63,629 nucleotides of DNA. Origin: Catajapyx aquilonaris (lineage: Eukaryota). The notes beneath the pieces are model-generated. The model made no database searches and was not told the DNA's origin. It saw nothing but the letters and a program-made list of their open reading frames with translations. Shown one piece after another: positions 52,290 to 63,629 of this stretch (position 1 is the stretch's first letter; each line of letters begins with the position of its first letter). The stretch covers positions 1 to 63,629 of the forward strand of contig JYFJ02002068.1 of the NCBI GenBank assembly GCA_000934665.2. Reading direction: 5' to 3'. The translations under genes and the position numbers were made by a program.

Positions 52290-55200
52290 TTCGTCTCGTA
52301 TAGGATCCGTTTGCTCTGTATACTGAAGCAGCCTGGATCAGAAATGAGTTTTCTCACGGGTGTCACTATTTCTGGCCAGGAAAACTGTGCATGGCAACCT
52401 GCAGACAGCGTCACTCTGCTGGTGAGACGCGCCCTTTTTTTTTGCAGCCGGATAATGATGAGTCTTGTTGCTGGAAACAGGGCTTCGTGTGTGTATACTT
52501 GGTTGGTGGCTGGCCTATTGTGTTATAACTTCATCTCGTGGGAAGGGCCTGGCGCCTCGGGGGGGCAGAGAAGCGCCCCCCTTTTCCTCTCAAAGGAATT
52601 CTCAGGTGATCTTCGCAGACGAGGCCACAGAAACAATCGATTATGCAGAATGCTAGAATCCTCTGCCCGGCTTCAATTCGATTACCTAGCCCGCCTCATT
52701 ACCATCGCATCTCTCTTGCGGGTTGGCCCCGGGGCGGGACCTCCCTTTTCCCCCAGTTCGTGACCAGGTCAACCAATTCGCCTCGAGGTCACCAATCTTC
52801 CTAATAGTATATGCGGGCGAATGAAATCTAATCTTTCATCGACCAAACTAGTTTTTCCTCAGACTCCTTTTTGAAACTCGACGCCAAAGGCTCTCTAATA
52901 ATTATTATCGGTTAGGTCGGGTGTTGTTTCCTGTCTACACCCGATCAGCTCTTTTTTAATGGGCAAGTACCGTTTGTTTGATTTTTAAAAAAAACTGCAG
53001 ATTAGTGACTCACCTCACAAGGGTTCACCGATTGAGCACACTCGATGTCGAAACGTTAATTAAATTTTCAGGTACGGCATTTTGCGAGTGGGGTTCACAT
53101 TATGGGCTGGAAGCACTCTGCTGGACAGGACTCTCTTGTTTTTAACCCCCCCAAATTTTTTGAGAGGAGGGGGGGGGGGGGCATAAAATATTCAAGAGTT
53201 TTGGCGGAGGTTCGTGTGACACACTGGTTAACCAAGCCCCTGTGCACTGCGACACCCCCGACAGGGACTGCCGACTCGTATTGCCAAAAGTTGATATATG
53301 CTGCTGGGTCATGTAGACAACCGCTGTCCAGTCAAGGCTCAAAAAAAATGTTTCGGACAAATACAACATTGTGCCGATGGTTTTATAGCCCCCTTTTAAA
53401 GGGTAAATGGGCACCGGAGTAACTGATGGAGGTCCGCAAAAAGGCCCAAAACGATCGTCGGCATAACTTTTTTGGGGAATCGAGACAAAAATGGGTCTGC
53501 GCATAAAAGTAACGGCCGTGATACACTTTAAAAAAACCGCGGTTTATGGCACCAATTGGTCCGATGACGTACAGCGTGTGCGGCCCGTACATTTTCGGCG
53601 CGTTTGAAACTGAATACGATTCCGATAGGATTGTGGCGGTTCGTGGGTAGTGACCTTTTTTTTCCCCCCAAAATCGCCTGACTGCCCTATAATTCAGCAG
53701 GTGCCCTTTTTCGGCCGAGTGTCTATCCTGCACGGGCGCCATTAGGCTAATTGATCCGGGGGGGGGGTTGTTTACTGGCAAAACGCCCCGGCCGACAAAC
53801 AATAATCATTATGAAGCGCCAGCCACAATTTTTTGGGCCAATATTCTCTTTCTGGGTTGGATAGGGGTCGTAGGGATCGCGACGGTCTCCGGGTAACCCC
53901 AACCCGTCGATACATGACACCCCCTCTGTAATTTGATCGGGGTGTGTGCGCGTCGTTGCGTGTGTGTGCCATCATGTGTGAGTGTGTGTGCGTGTCCACA
54001 CAGGGCGTATAATAATAAGCAAATAAGAGGGACCTTCCGATTGATTGGATGCGGCACGGATTCCGAGTCTGTGGGCGGAGATACGCAGCTCTTCCTTTTC
54101 TAACTCCTGATATAGAGGAAACAAAAACCTGTGAGGGATATTATAAAAAAGAAAATCACTTGTCGTGCTAAAGGACCATGAGCCCCAGGGGCCGACCCCG
54201 GGGGTTATCCAGGGCTCCAATCTTCTAGGGGAGCCGATTTTCATAGCCGCGACATGGGTTGGGCAGGGCCCGAGAAAAATAATTTATTATTTCGGCGAAG
54301 GAGGCACAGCCAACTATCATTTGCGACTTCGGGGGTGCGTGCACACAATGGTATTATAACGAGGGAGGGCTCTCTCTCTCTGGGGGGGGGAAAAAAAGAG
54401 GCCTTATGTCGGGTGCCATAGAGATCATGTGGTTGTGTGTAAATCATTGGCACGTATGTTGATGCCATATACCCGCGATTCGACTGCGATTGTGGAAATT
54501 GTTAGCATCGCTTGTAATTGGCAGGGTGAATGTCTGGCATTTGGGTTCCTGTACCTCAGGATCCAGTTGAATAGACTGAGCTGAAAGGGCCGATACGGAA
54601 CCAGCATGTCTGGTTTGTGTCTGGTTCCTTCCTTGCTGCCTCCGCCTGTAGGTTTCTAGTAGTGTCGAGATTGCGGCAGGCACTGCCGAGAACTGTGTGA
54701 ATGCAGCAGTTAATGAAGCGTTTGATGGAGCCGACCGGAGACTGCTGATGTGCCTGCCTCCAGAATAAAAGTGAGGTGGTGCAGCAGCAGCCAAAGGCAC
54801 AAAGGACAATTAGGAAAAGGGGGGGCTACACAGAGAGGCTTCTGGGGGAAAATGTCAGCCTTGCTTCAAGTCTCCAAGCAGCAGCAGGGGGGACTCCTCT
54901 GATCACCCAGATATTGTTTTCGGTCTGCTCTCTCAGGAGGACAAACCCAACCAGTCATATATACACCCTGAGAGAGATAGAGACACATCTTTGTCACCGA
55001 CCGGGGTTGGATGGGCTTTTGTCTTACACGGCTTGGTGAATACCACGAAGAGAAGAAGAGGGCCCAAGCACGGTTTGCGTCATCCTTTTGTGTGACGACC
55101 CAATCCTAATTTGCTTGTCGAACAGGAGCACTCAACCGCGCTAAGGGTTGCCTTTATTCCGGCCGGAAAAGCGATAGGACCACCGAGAGATTGTATATAG

Positions 55201-57916
55201 GATACATACAGGGGGGGAATAGACCGACTAAACTGCTAGGTCACTTTGTGTAGTTGGTGTCCTCATTACTCGAGTAATTGGCATTTATCATTACACACAC
55301 TGTATCCTACTTTAAGATGAGCACCTTCAGCTGCGTAGCCCCGCATGCTGGGGCTAACAGCCATTTTTTGGGGGGAGGCTTTGGTATCAAAAAATATTAC
55401 AGAAAAATGTAAAGAAAATAAATGGAGGTCTTGGAGAGAAACATGCAGAATACAAAGGACGTGATTAGCATGGCTGATGCTTTTCAAAAGGAGAAGAGGA
55501 AATAATTAAATTAACATACCGACATCCTTTCACAGACTTTCGACTAAAATAATGATTATCTTTAATCACGCTGCCAGTGAACATTATAGGAAGGACACTG
55601 AAAATATTTGTTGCGATCGGCAATAATAAATAATATCAACTTTTTAAAAGCCCCGAGCCCATAAATGTTTTCTGGCTGTATAACGCAGCCCAAATCAATA
55701 TTAATTATGGGGAAAAATTAAAAGCCACAATCTATGATATATCCAAAATTTTGCTATACGGAAATGCCACGTGCTCCGATGTCCTCAGAGCTCGATGAGG
55801 ACACCATCCATATCCTTCGAACTGACTCAGAGACAATCCCCAGCCTCTGTTCTCTGTCATTCTCTGTGGCCACGATAAATGTAATGATGACGCGACATCA
55901 TGGACCCTGCAGTCGTCATGGTCTATTTCGACTAATGTCCGGAGCAGCAGACTTCGGGGGCCCATCAGTCCGGAAGTACGTTACGGGCCACCCGTCTTGT
56001 ACGTTATCATTGCCTGTAATAACTATACACAGCACTCCCCATCCAAGCAGCAGACAAGATGAAATACTGCGCGTCCTTGGTTGGATGCCAAAGCCGGAAG
56101 TAGGAAGTGACTCTTTTTTTTTTTGGAAGGGAAAAGGACTGTTCCGAGAGTGGTTGGAGGGAAGATCCGCCAATTAATTTAGTTTGCAGCAAACATGATC
56201 TTGTGAGCAATGTTGAATAAGGAGCAGCCTATGGAAGTGTCTTGAATGCAACATCTCAGTACAGGTGTGGATAGTTGCGTCGAATAAATTTGGATTGGAG
56301 CATTATTCTCACCAGCCGAGTTGAGACAAAGGAATAGGTCGATGAGAGTCTTTGTGTCTTTTTGTCCCTCCCTTCTTTCTCTCCCTGGGTTTCCCCGTGT
56401 TCTCCGGCCCTTCGCCCCATCCATCAAATCAGTCGGACCATTTGCCAACGTCTGTTGAGCTGTCTCTTTCCTCCCCGGGAATTCATAGACACCCCCACCT
56501 AATTCCTGCTGACAAGGCGCCCCAGACATGCTAAACGCTCTTAACATTCCCAACGCACCCTGTACCCACGGGGCCCCCTTTTTTTCAAAGATAATGATGA
56601 TGATGATCGAGAAAAACACCAAATCACCGATTGGCTCAAAAGAGGACGGAACAAAACGCCTAAAAAATAATGAGGGCCTGTCGCAAGGTGGACTGGTAAA
56701 TAATAAGTTAATAACATTGCTCCAGGCAGATTTAGTATGGTGCTGACCCTGGTGAGAAGTATTTCTCGTCCGGTGTACACTCTTTCCATTGTAAGCGATT
56801 CAATAATTGAATGGTACAGACCACAGCGGACGAGGGTGTTCGTAAAGCGTGGCAATTGCAATAATGCGAGAAGTTTGTCGCGTGGAAGCGACACCGAAAT
56901 GTGATCGCCGACTTGTCCTGCTGGGTTGGGTGACGCCAAAATAATGGCGAGTGATTTGTGTTTTTTTGCGATGTGGGGGTTGAGTGTTTTTCGGGTGTGC
57001 ATCAGCCTGTGTGTGTGTGTGTGTGTGTACAGCACTAATGCTGCAGCTGCGATCATCAGTGCGTGCTGAGTTCGGCGGGGAATCAAGGCGGCTCATATGT
57101 GCGAATTGGGGGAGTATAAACAGGTTCGGGATTGGACCGACAGACAATGGATGTGACGCTGTCATCTTTCATGACGGGATTTGTCACGTTTGACTATTCC
57201 ATTCGAGGGGGGGCTACATTTTATTGAAAAGTGAGGCACCGGCTTGAAAAAAAGCGCGATGGGACGGAACCGACTGCCGCTGCAGATATGGGCCCCCAGA
57301 GTTTATTAAACACAACCCCGAGACTGTTGGGTGTCGATGGAAAAGTGCGGAAGAAGAGCATTTCGCAGGGTGGCTCAGATAGAGAGAAAAAAAGAATGAG
57401 AAAAAATGTGAGACGAAACGAGTTGAATCTCTCCATCCTTCCCGCGCTAATAAAAAGAACTGGCTCGATGAAGGCGGAAATTGTCTACAGCGCCAGAAGT
57501 AGCGGAAAACTTTTCTCTCTTTCTCTCTCGCTCTTTTCTTGTGCGATATTTCGGCTGCGGAATGAATCCGAGAAGGAAGACGTGCGATGAGAATCGACTC
57601 TGGATCTGCAACGTTGCGTTCTTCTTTTTTTTCTTCTTTCTCTTATTCCTGCGGCAGGCCTTCTCTTTTTCCAAAACGGCCTGCTCCAGCTTTTATCTAC
57701 CACTTTTCTGAATGGCCTTTTCTCCCCAGCACCGTCTCTTAAATTTTTTTTTTTTTTTTTGGGTGAAACTTCCCTATCGCGACTGCTATGGTCACTCTTG
57801 ACTTTTTTTATTTTATCTCGTGGCCAGCTCTCATTTGGCTACCTTGCATACTATCCACAGCCTAACTTCTCAAAATAATAGGCATGACCTATAAAATATT
57901 GCGATCTCTGTGCGTT

Positions 57917-57995
57917 ACAAAAGAGGATTTCTTATGGACCGCACTGTACCCAACAATGTTGGGTACAGTGCGGTCCATAAGAAATCCTCTTTTGT
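57917..57995. repeat. Perfect palindrome, 39-bp arms, 1-nt spacer
   Basis: ACAAAAGAGGATTTCTTATGGACCGCACTGTACCCAACA - A - exact reverse complement. Confidence 0.95.
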
Positions 57996-58212
57996 CCTTG
58001 TGTGTAGCCTGGCCGGGGGCTAAATTGTCGCTGGGGCCAATATGCCGGGGGCGAAAAGTCCGAGAGCCACCCTAAGCGATCTTATTGGTGGTGCAGATGG
58101 CAGGAGGATTCTGCTCCACCAATCAGATCGCTTTAGGGTGGCTCTCGGACTTTTCGCCCCCGGAATATTGGCCCCAGCGACAATTTCGCCCCCGGCCAGG
58201 CTACACACAAGG
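57996..58212. repeat. Long near-perfect inverted repeat (about 100-bp arms, about 12-nt loop) containing 15-bp GC-rich subrepeats
   Basis: CCTTGTGTGTAGCCTGGCCGGGGGC... pairs with ...GCCCCCGGCCAGGCTACACACAAGG. I count 4 substitutions and 1 indel between the arms. Confidence 0.92.
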
Positions 58213-58272
58213 CCATGTCACTTCTCTATAAATTCCCAGCCGAATGCTTCAAAGTGGAATACTGTATGTCAC

Positions 58273-58353
58273 GGGGGCGAAATTGTCACGGGGCCAATGT
58301 GCCGGGGGCTAAAAGTCCGGGGGCGAAACGGCGGGGCCGAAAAGTCCGGATCC
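58273..58353 (+). repeat. Array of about 15-bp CCGGGGGCGAAAAGT-like units (probable MITE subterminal repeats)
   Basis: About five degenerate 15-mers. The same unit occurs in the arms of 57996-58212 and at 63498-63542. Confidence 0.75.
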
Positions 58354-61300
58354 CGCTTAGGGTGTCTGTATAGGGTGTCGCCCACATTTTTTGAGAAGGT
58401 TATGGTGTGGGTACTGCGGGGCTCTGCGTGTTTACTAGGTTTTCTCGGGATTCAGGTTGAAGAACTTCTGGAGGCTGCAAGCGACGCCCCTATAGGAGGA
58501 AAGGCATCAGGAATTTAATGCATTTCTCGTCAGCGTTGTGCCGGGATGGGTTTCATTAAAGCGTTACAATGTCGTTGGGGGAGCGTTAGTGCCGAAGAAA
58601 GTTGCATCTTCGATAAGGACGAAGGCGGAGCAATGATTGCACGGCCGTAATGAAAATTAGCCTTTTACGGGCTCCAGGTTTTAATGGAGGCAGATGCGGT
58701 GCCAGCCTCTTTCCCCTCTCCAAAACAACAGGGGCCCAGCACGTATATGCTTTATGCTCCGGGCTCTAAATAATACATCATCCGACGAGGATGATGACGA
58801 CGCCGTGGCGCCTTTAGCCTCTCTGGCTGGACCGAACCGCCGGAATGCGAGGAAAGAACCGGTTCTAAACGCGACACCAGCTTGACATCTGGGAAGTGGA
58901 TTGCGACACGGTCTCATACGCAGACCCCATTACCAGAATGAGACTAAGCTCCAGGAAATTGGGCCTGGATGTAGCCTATATGCGCCAAGAAATGTTAGGA
59001 ACACACTCTTATCAGCAGATGGACAGCTCCTCCCACTGGTCTGCGCAGAAGTAGTGCGCAGTTGTCTCTGGCGCATGCGCAAGCAGGACACTGCGCAGAT
59101 GTAGTGCGCCGTTGTCCATGTGAGCGGGGCGCTTCTGGCAGGAACTTGTCCGAAACTTTATTCGTTCTGTAGTGAGAAGTCCTGTGGTCCCATGCAGCAT
59201 TAGGGAGGTCGTGACACAGCAGAGCGGGAGGGGTGTCGTAAAAAAAGAGCCCGAAGGATATGAAGCGTCGCCCTGTGAATATGCAAGAAGGCAAGAGCGC
59301 CCGGTCTGGGGAGTAAATGTGTAATTTTCCGCCCGAGCCAGCACCTCTTTGAAACTTTTACGTCTTTCATAAGGACTGGAAGAATGATAAGCCATTACTC
59401 ATTACTCGCCCGCCGACGATCGTGTTCCAGAATAGTAAACGCCCGCCGCCTGTGCTAAGGCACGTCAGAAAGTAGAGAGAGAGAGAGAAAAAAGGAGAGT
59501 ATGATGGTGGAGCTCTTTTTTCTCTCTCCAGGTGAAGTAAGGCGTTTGGAGTCATAGCGACCATTTTTTGACACCATAATGGGGACCCCCAGCAATTTCT
59601 CCATCTTAAAAATAGGGCAGGTACTGAATGGAATTGGTGCAAATGGTGTGCGAGAGTGACGCGCACCTTTTTTGGTGCGTCGGCGTCTTCTTCGTGCCTG
59701 TCCCTCTGAGGAGAGGAAAGTGCTTAGCATTTGAATGCAAGTAATTCTTAGGCCAGTAAAAGCTTAGATGTTGCCTCATTCCGGTAACTTTATTCCGATC
59801 CTATTAATTTATAAGCCTATTATCGTTTGCGACGTTGACTGAATGGGAGGGAGGGAGACGCCAGGTTATGACTCAGAAGTTGTACTTGTGGGAAGATGGA
59901 AAAGTTTTTAACTTCCCCCGCCTCTGAATAGGAATCCAATTATGAAATCTCCTTTTGCACTTTGGGTATAAATAATTGCAATCGTGTGGCGACTTGTGGG
60001 AGGAGCTTTTCTCCTTTCTAATTACTTAAGTCGCATATTACGCATCCACAGCACGCATTTTTTTTGGCAAAATATTTTTTTTTTTCAAAAAAAAAGAGCA
60101 GGGCGTCGAACATTGTAATTAGAGATGCTGATTGCATCTCTGCAGCTGCAGGTATATAGCTAATGACCTCCATTGCCATAAGTATTTAACTGCCGATATA
60201 ACAAGCGGAATGATGCTCGTGAATTTAAATCGCCCCCTGCTCTTTTCATCGCTCGCATCAGTCGGAAAGATTTTGATTGCGATTCAGGCAGCCAATTAAT
60301 GGCGAATCGTTCGATCCAGCATGATGTACACGGCTACAGAAAAAGGAGAGACAAAATCCCGGATTCAGCTGTCGCACCAGACCAGGTCCGGCGATCTTTT
60401 TCGTCTCCTGTGATGCTGAACCTCTTCTTTCCCTCTCCCGTATAATACATTTGTCTGGCATTTGCCTCTTTATGGCCAATTTCCCAAATGGCAGTCAGGT
60501 TGGGAGACACTAAAAAGCGCACAGTGTTTTCCATCTTTACGACTTAGGGACCCCCCCTTCCCTGGCAGGGAAAAGCGGGTGTTACTGTTGTAATTTCGAG
60601 AGCTGTTGCTATTAAAAGGACGGCAAATAACCCGATGGGAGCCATGTTTGGACCGTTTCGCTTTTCCCCGAGACCCCCTTGCAGCTACTTAGATAACGGA
60701 CGATCCCAAGCAGACTCAAAAGTCACCCAGAAAAAAAAGAGTGGACAGGTACAACCTTGCTATCAGTGTGTACCAGTTGACAAATTCGAGAGCAGGCTGT
60801 TTATGGTCGTAATATTTCTTGGTTGAATAGCACGAGCTCTGTAATGGCAAGAGGCTTTCAAAAAGCGTATTTATCAAAAAAGTGTGTCCCTGGGATTAAA
60901 TCATCGCCTTGCCCCCTTCCCCTCTGGAGCCTGTAATGTTCCGAGTGGCGACATCGCGTTGGAGGGTGTTTGTTAACCTTGATTTATCACGTCGCTTAGC
61001 TTGTGGCCAAAGCATTATCCGGATCGTCGCCAGGATAACGCTTCTATACGACGTCTAGAACGCGGCTGAGCGCACCAAGATGGCCGTCCTTATTTTTTGT
61101 GTCCCTATATATTATGACTCCCTGTGGAGTCACCCCCTCGCGAGACAAATAATAACAACTGCGAGTGGTCTGGGGGTCTGAGTGCTTCTGCCCATCTGCA
61201 GACCATTGTCCCTGGGACTTTGTGCTGAGTCACACACCTTTGATGAAAATTGTGCTGCGTCGCACGTGGCGGAATGCGTCGCCTACCATACAAAAATACA

Positions 61301-63497
61301 CTGATTGAGGAAGCCCTTGTTTCTAGAAGACACTGCAGGAGCATAAATCGCCCAGTTTCAAATAAAACAGGCGGGAAAAAACCAAGATCAATAACAACAA
61401 GCCCTGTCCGAATAAATCCTGTCCTCCTCTCCATCTCCCACAGAAATGGTCCTATTCTGCTGTCAAAAAAAAACCCTTGCGCGACCCACCATTTCCCATA
61501 GGGTTTTTCCCTCTCTCTCACTGACTTTCTCCCTCCTGCTTTCACACAGCCAGGCGGGGACTTCAATCTACGACCTCCTAAGTGAATAATATTCAATCGC
61601 TCCTGAAATATTGCTCCATATTTCTCCCAGAGAGCAATAATTTTTCATAAGCCGAAGAAGGGGGAGGTTGCAGCATCAGAGATCCTTGCTTTCCGTTTTT
61701 TTTTTCTTCGGATGGGGAATACAACCGAGGATTCCCTCCCTCACATCCATACCTTCTATGCTGGCTCATCCTAATCACAACAAGCTGCTTCTCTCCCCCC
61801 CATATCAATATCAATCCCTATATTGGGTGCGTCCCACCCTCCCAGCCTCCGATCTTGTGCTCTGCATAGAAACGCCCCATTTCTTCTCTCAGCCCTTGAA
61901 GTATTGTGTGAGCTGCACCTTTCCTTCTTATAATTGTCAATTACCTCCACGGTCCTCTTTTTTTTCCCTTACATTTGTTTTGTTAGCTGGGATCCATTTG
62001 TGTGCTCGGCTGAAGGATTTTTTATCCCTTTCCCTCCCCTACTCTTCCCATCGGAACCAATGGATGAAAGGAATGCAGACTCCGCAGACTATAAAATCCG
62101 AAGGGGTGGACTTTAATTCTAATTGGCTGCCTAATGTCCTTGCGTAAAAGAGGAGGGGGGGGGGAGCGTTAATCGACATTTAATTTTGCTTCCCGGGTTA
62201 CTACCTTTGATCCAAATTGAACTTTTTCTCTGCCTCATGCTGTCTGGCCGATTCCTACACACATACCCGGACTTAAAGCGTAATGACCTGTCGCAATTAA
62301 TCGCACTGCAGGCAAATTGTGCTGCAGGGTCAGCTTCAAGCAGTTGGCAAACCTGGCCCTATCCCATAGCCATTACTGGGAATGAATGCGTTATAGACCG
62401 AATGGATTGGGGGGTTTGTAATTGATGGGCAAAGTAATGACGTGTATGATTCCCTAAGGGGCAGACTGCCAAGAGGCCAAAAGGCATCTTGCCCCCGATG
62501 AAGTTCTGGGGGTTGCCCGGGTTCAGCCCCTGGAGGCCAGAGGCTGAGGTCAGTTGGCACGGAAACAACAGGCTTCCAGGAAAAGGGGGAGAGAGGATGA
62601 GTTGTGTGGATGAGAGGGGAAAAGGAATGAGCTAGGTGCTTTGCCAGAGGCCCAGATTCAATTAGCCGGAGTGGTATGGGTACGGAGGTGTCGCCAACGA
62701 TCAAAGGATTGCCCTTCCCGGAGTCGAAAGGCCAGGCGACATCCCGGGGCCCTGATGGGCTGGGATGACACACAAGCCATGCTGCGACAGGATGGTCCCA
62801 TTGTCGAAATAGTTATGCAACACCTTGTATATTTTGTGAGGGGACCAGTGCGGTGAACCATAAATATTTACCCGGCTGAAGATGGCACTTACTGCCCCAT
62901 AAGCCATTCCGTGTGTGTATACTTGGACCTACACTGTAATATTTTAACCGCCATCTCTGTATTTTTTTTATATGGAGCCCTGGGATAGCGAGGACCCCTA
63001 TTATGCAATGTCATATTTATGTTTACACTGGCGGGGTAAACTAACAGGGGCTCTCAATCTCCATTAAAAATGCTGCGAGGCTGGACACAAAGTGTGTCCT
63101 GGTGATTATGGGTTGAAACTCACAAAGTAAAGGCTGTGGGTGATGATGACCAATAGGGAAGGAAAAAAAAGCCATTTTTGTGCTCCTGAGCGTCCCATAA
63201 AAAAAGGGGGGCAAGTCGAGGTCACCTTTTATGCCGTGTATGTGTGTGCAGGTCACGCGTCTTGTCTGGGATGCTCCACCGAGCAGGGGGTGGAATAACG
63301 AAAGAAGATGGATACAATTTCGAACCTAGCTTTCCCTCCTTTTCCATCAAATGGAAGTGGACCCTTGGGACTAACCCCCCAAAAAACCACTATTGGACAC
63401 AGGGTGGTCCAACCAGAAAAGAAACGCTGCTTATAATCGGTGTGCACAGTGCTGGGCATAATAGCATCAGTCCTTAGTGGGCGGTGTCAGTGTCGAT

Positions 63498-63542
63498 GGT
63501 AAAAGTCCGGGGGCGAATATGCCGGGGGCGAAAAGTCCGGGA
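63498..63542 (+). repeat. Further copy of the 15-bp-unit repeat family
   Basis: AATATGCCGGGGGCGAAAAGTCCG is identical to 58039-58062. Confidence 0.75.
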
Positions 63543-63629
63543 CGCGGTGCTGTCACCTGGCGGAAGGAAAAGGGCGAATTCAACCATCATCCCGTGATGG
63601 TCGCTTACAGTGTCATTCGCCCAGCATCA

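Noticed and set aside
52318..52336. GTATACTGAA, resembling miR-iab-4
   Set aside because: Only 10 nt match, the 5' end differs and there is no complementary arm. I also found no homeobox exon or miR-10/miR-993 sequence to suggest a Hox cluster.
62876..62910. CTGAAGATGGCA...TGCC, like a Penelope-type hammerhead ribozyme
   Set aside because: The conserved GAAA after stem II is absent. Other CTGANGA hits, the hairpin near 29155 and the GTGATGAG in the Helitron core also fail the core consensus.
1..63629. The long ORFs in the six-frame track (e.g. 2899-3642, 19384-20097, 48792-49502, 51481-52158)
   Set aside because: Composition is driven by homopolymer and microsatellite runs (poly-F/K/G/P), many use non-ATG starts, they overlap on both strands and show no recognisable domain.

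Overview
Eukaryotic, almost entirely non-coding DNA, probably from an arthropod (inferred from TTAGG-derived repeats and an insect-type tRNA SINE). None of the supplied six-frame ORFs resembles a real protein, apart from one possible LINE relic. The best gene evidence is on the + strand: a 31-nt exon with clean splice signals (9576-9606) and an exon encoding a signal-peptide-like N-terminus with a phase-1 donor (37798-37915). The window is therefore probably the 5' end and giant introns of a gene for a secreted or cell-surface protein, which I cannot identify. The introns hold a non-autonomous Helitron-like family (6 copies or fragments), a TA-duplicating MITE found at the same position of two of those copies in opposite orientations, a complete tRNA SINE with a 14-bp TSD, several perfect or near-perfect long palindromes, and two tandem-repeat blocks. 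I recognised no rRNA, functional tRNA, CRISPR array or known miRNA. All comparisons were done by eye, without database searches.
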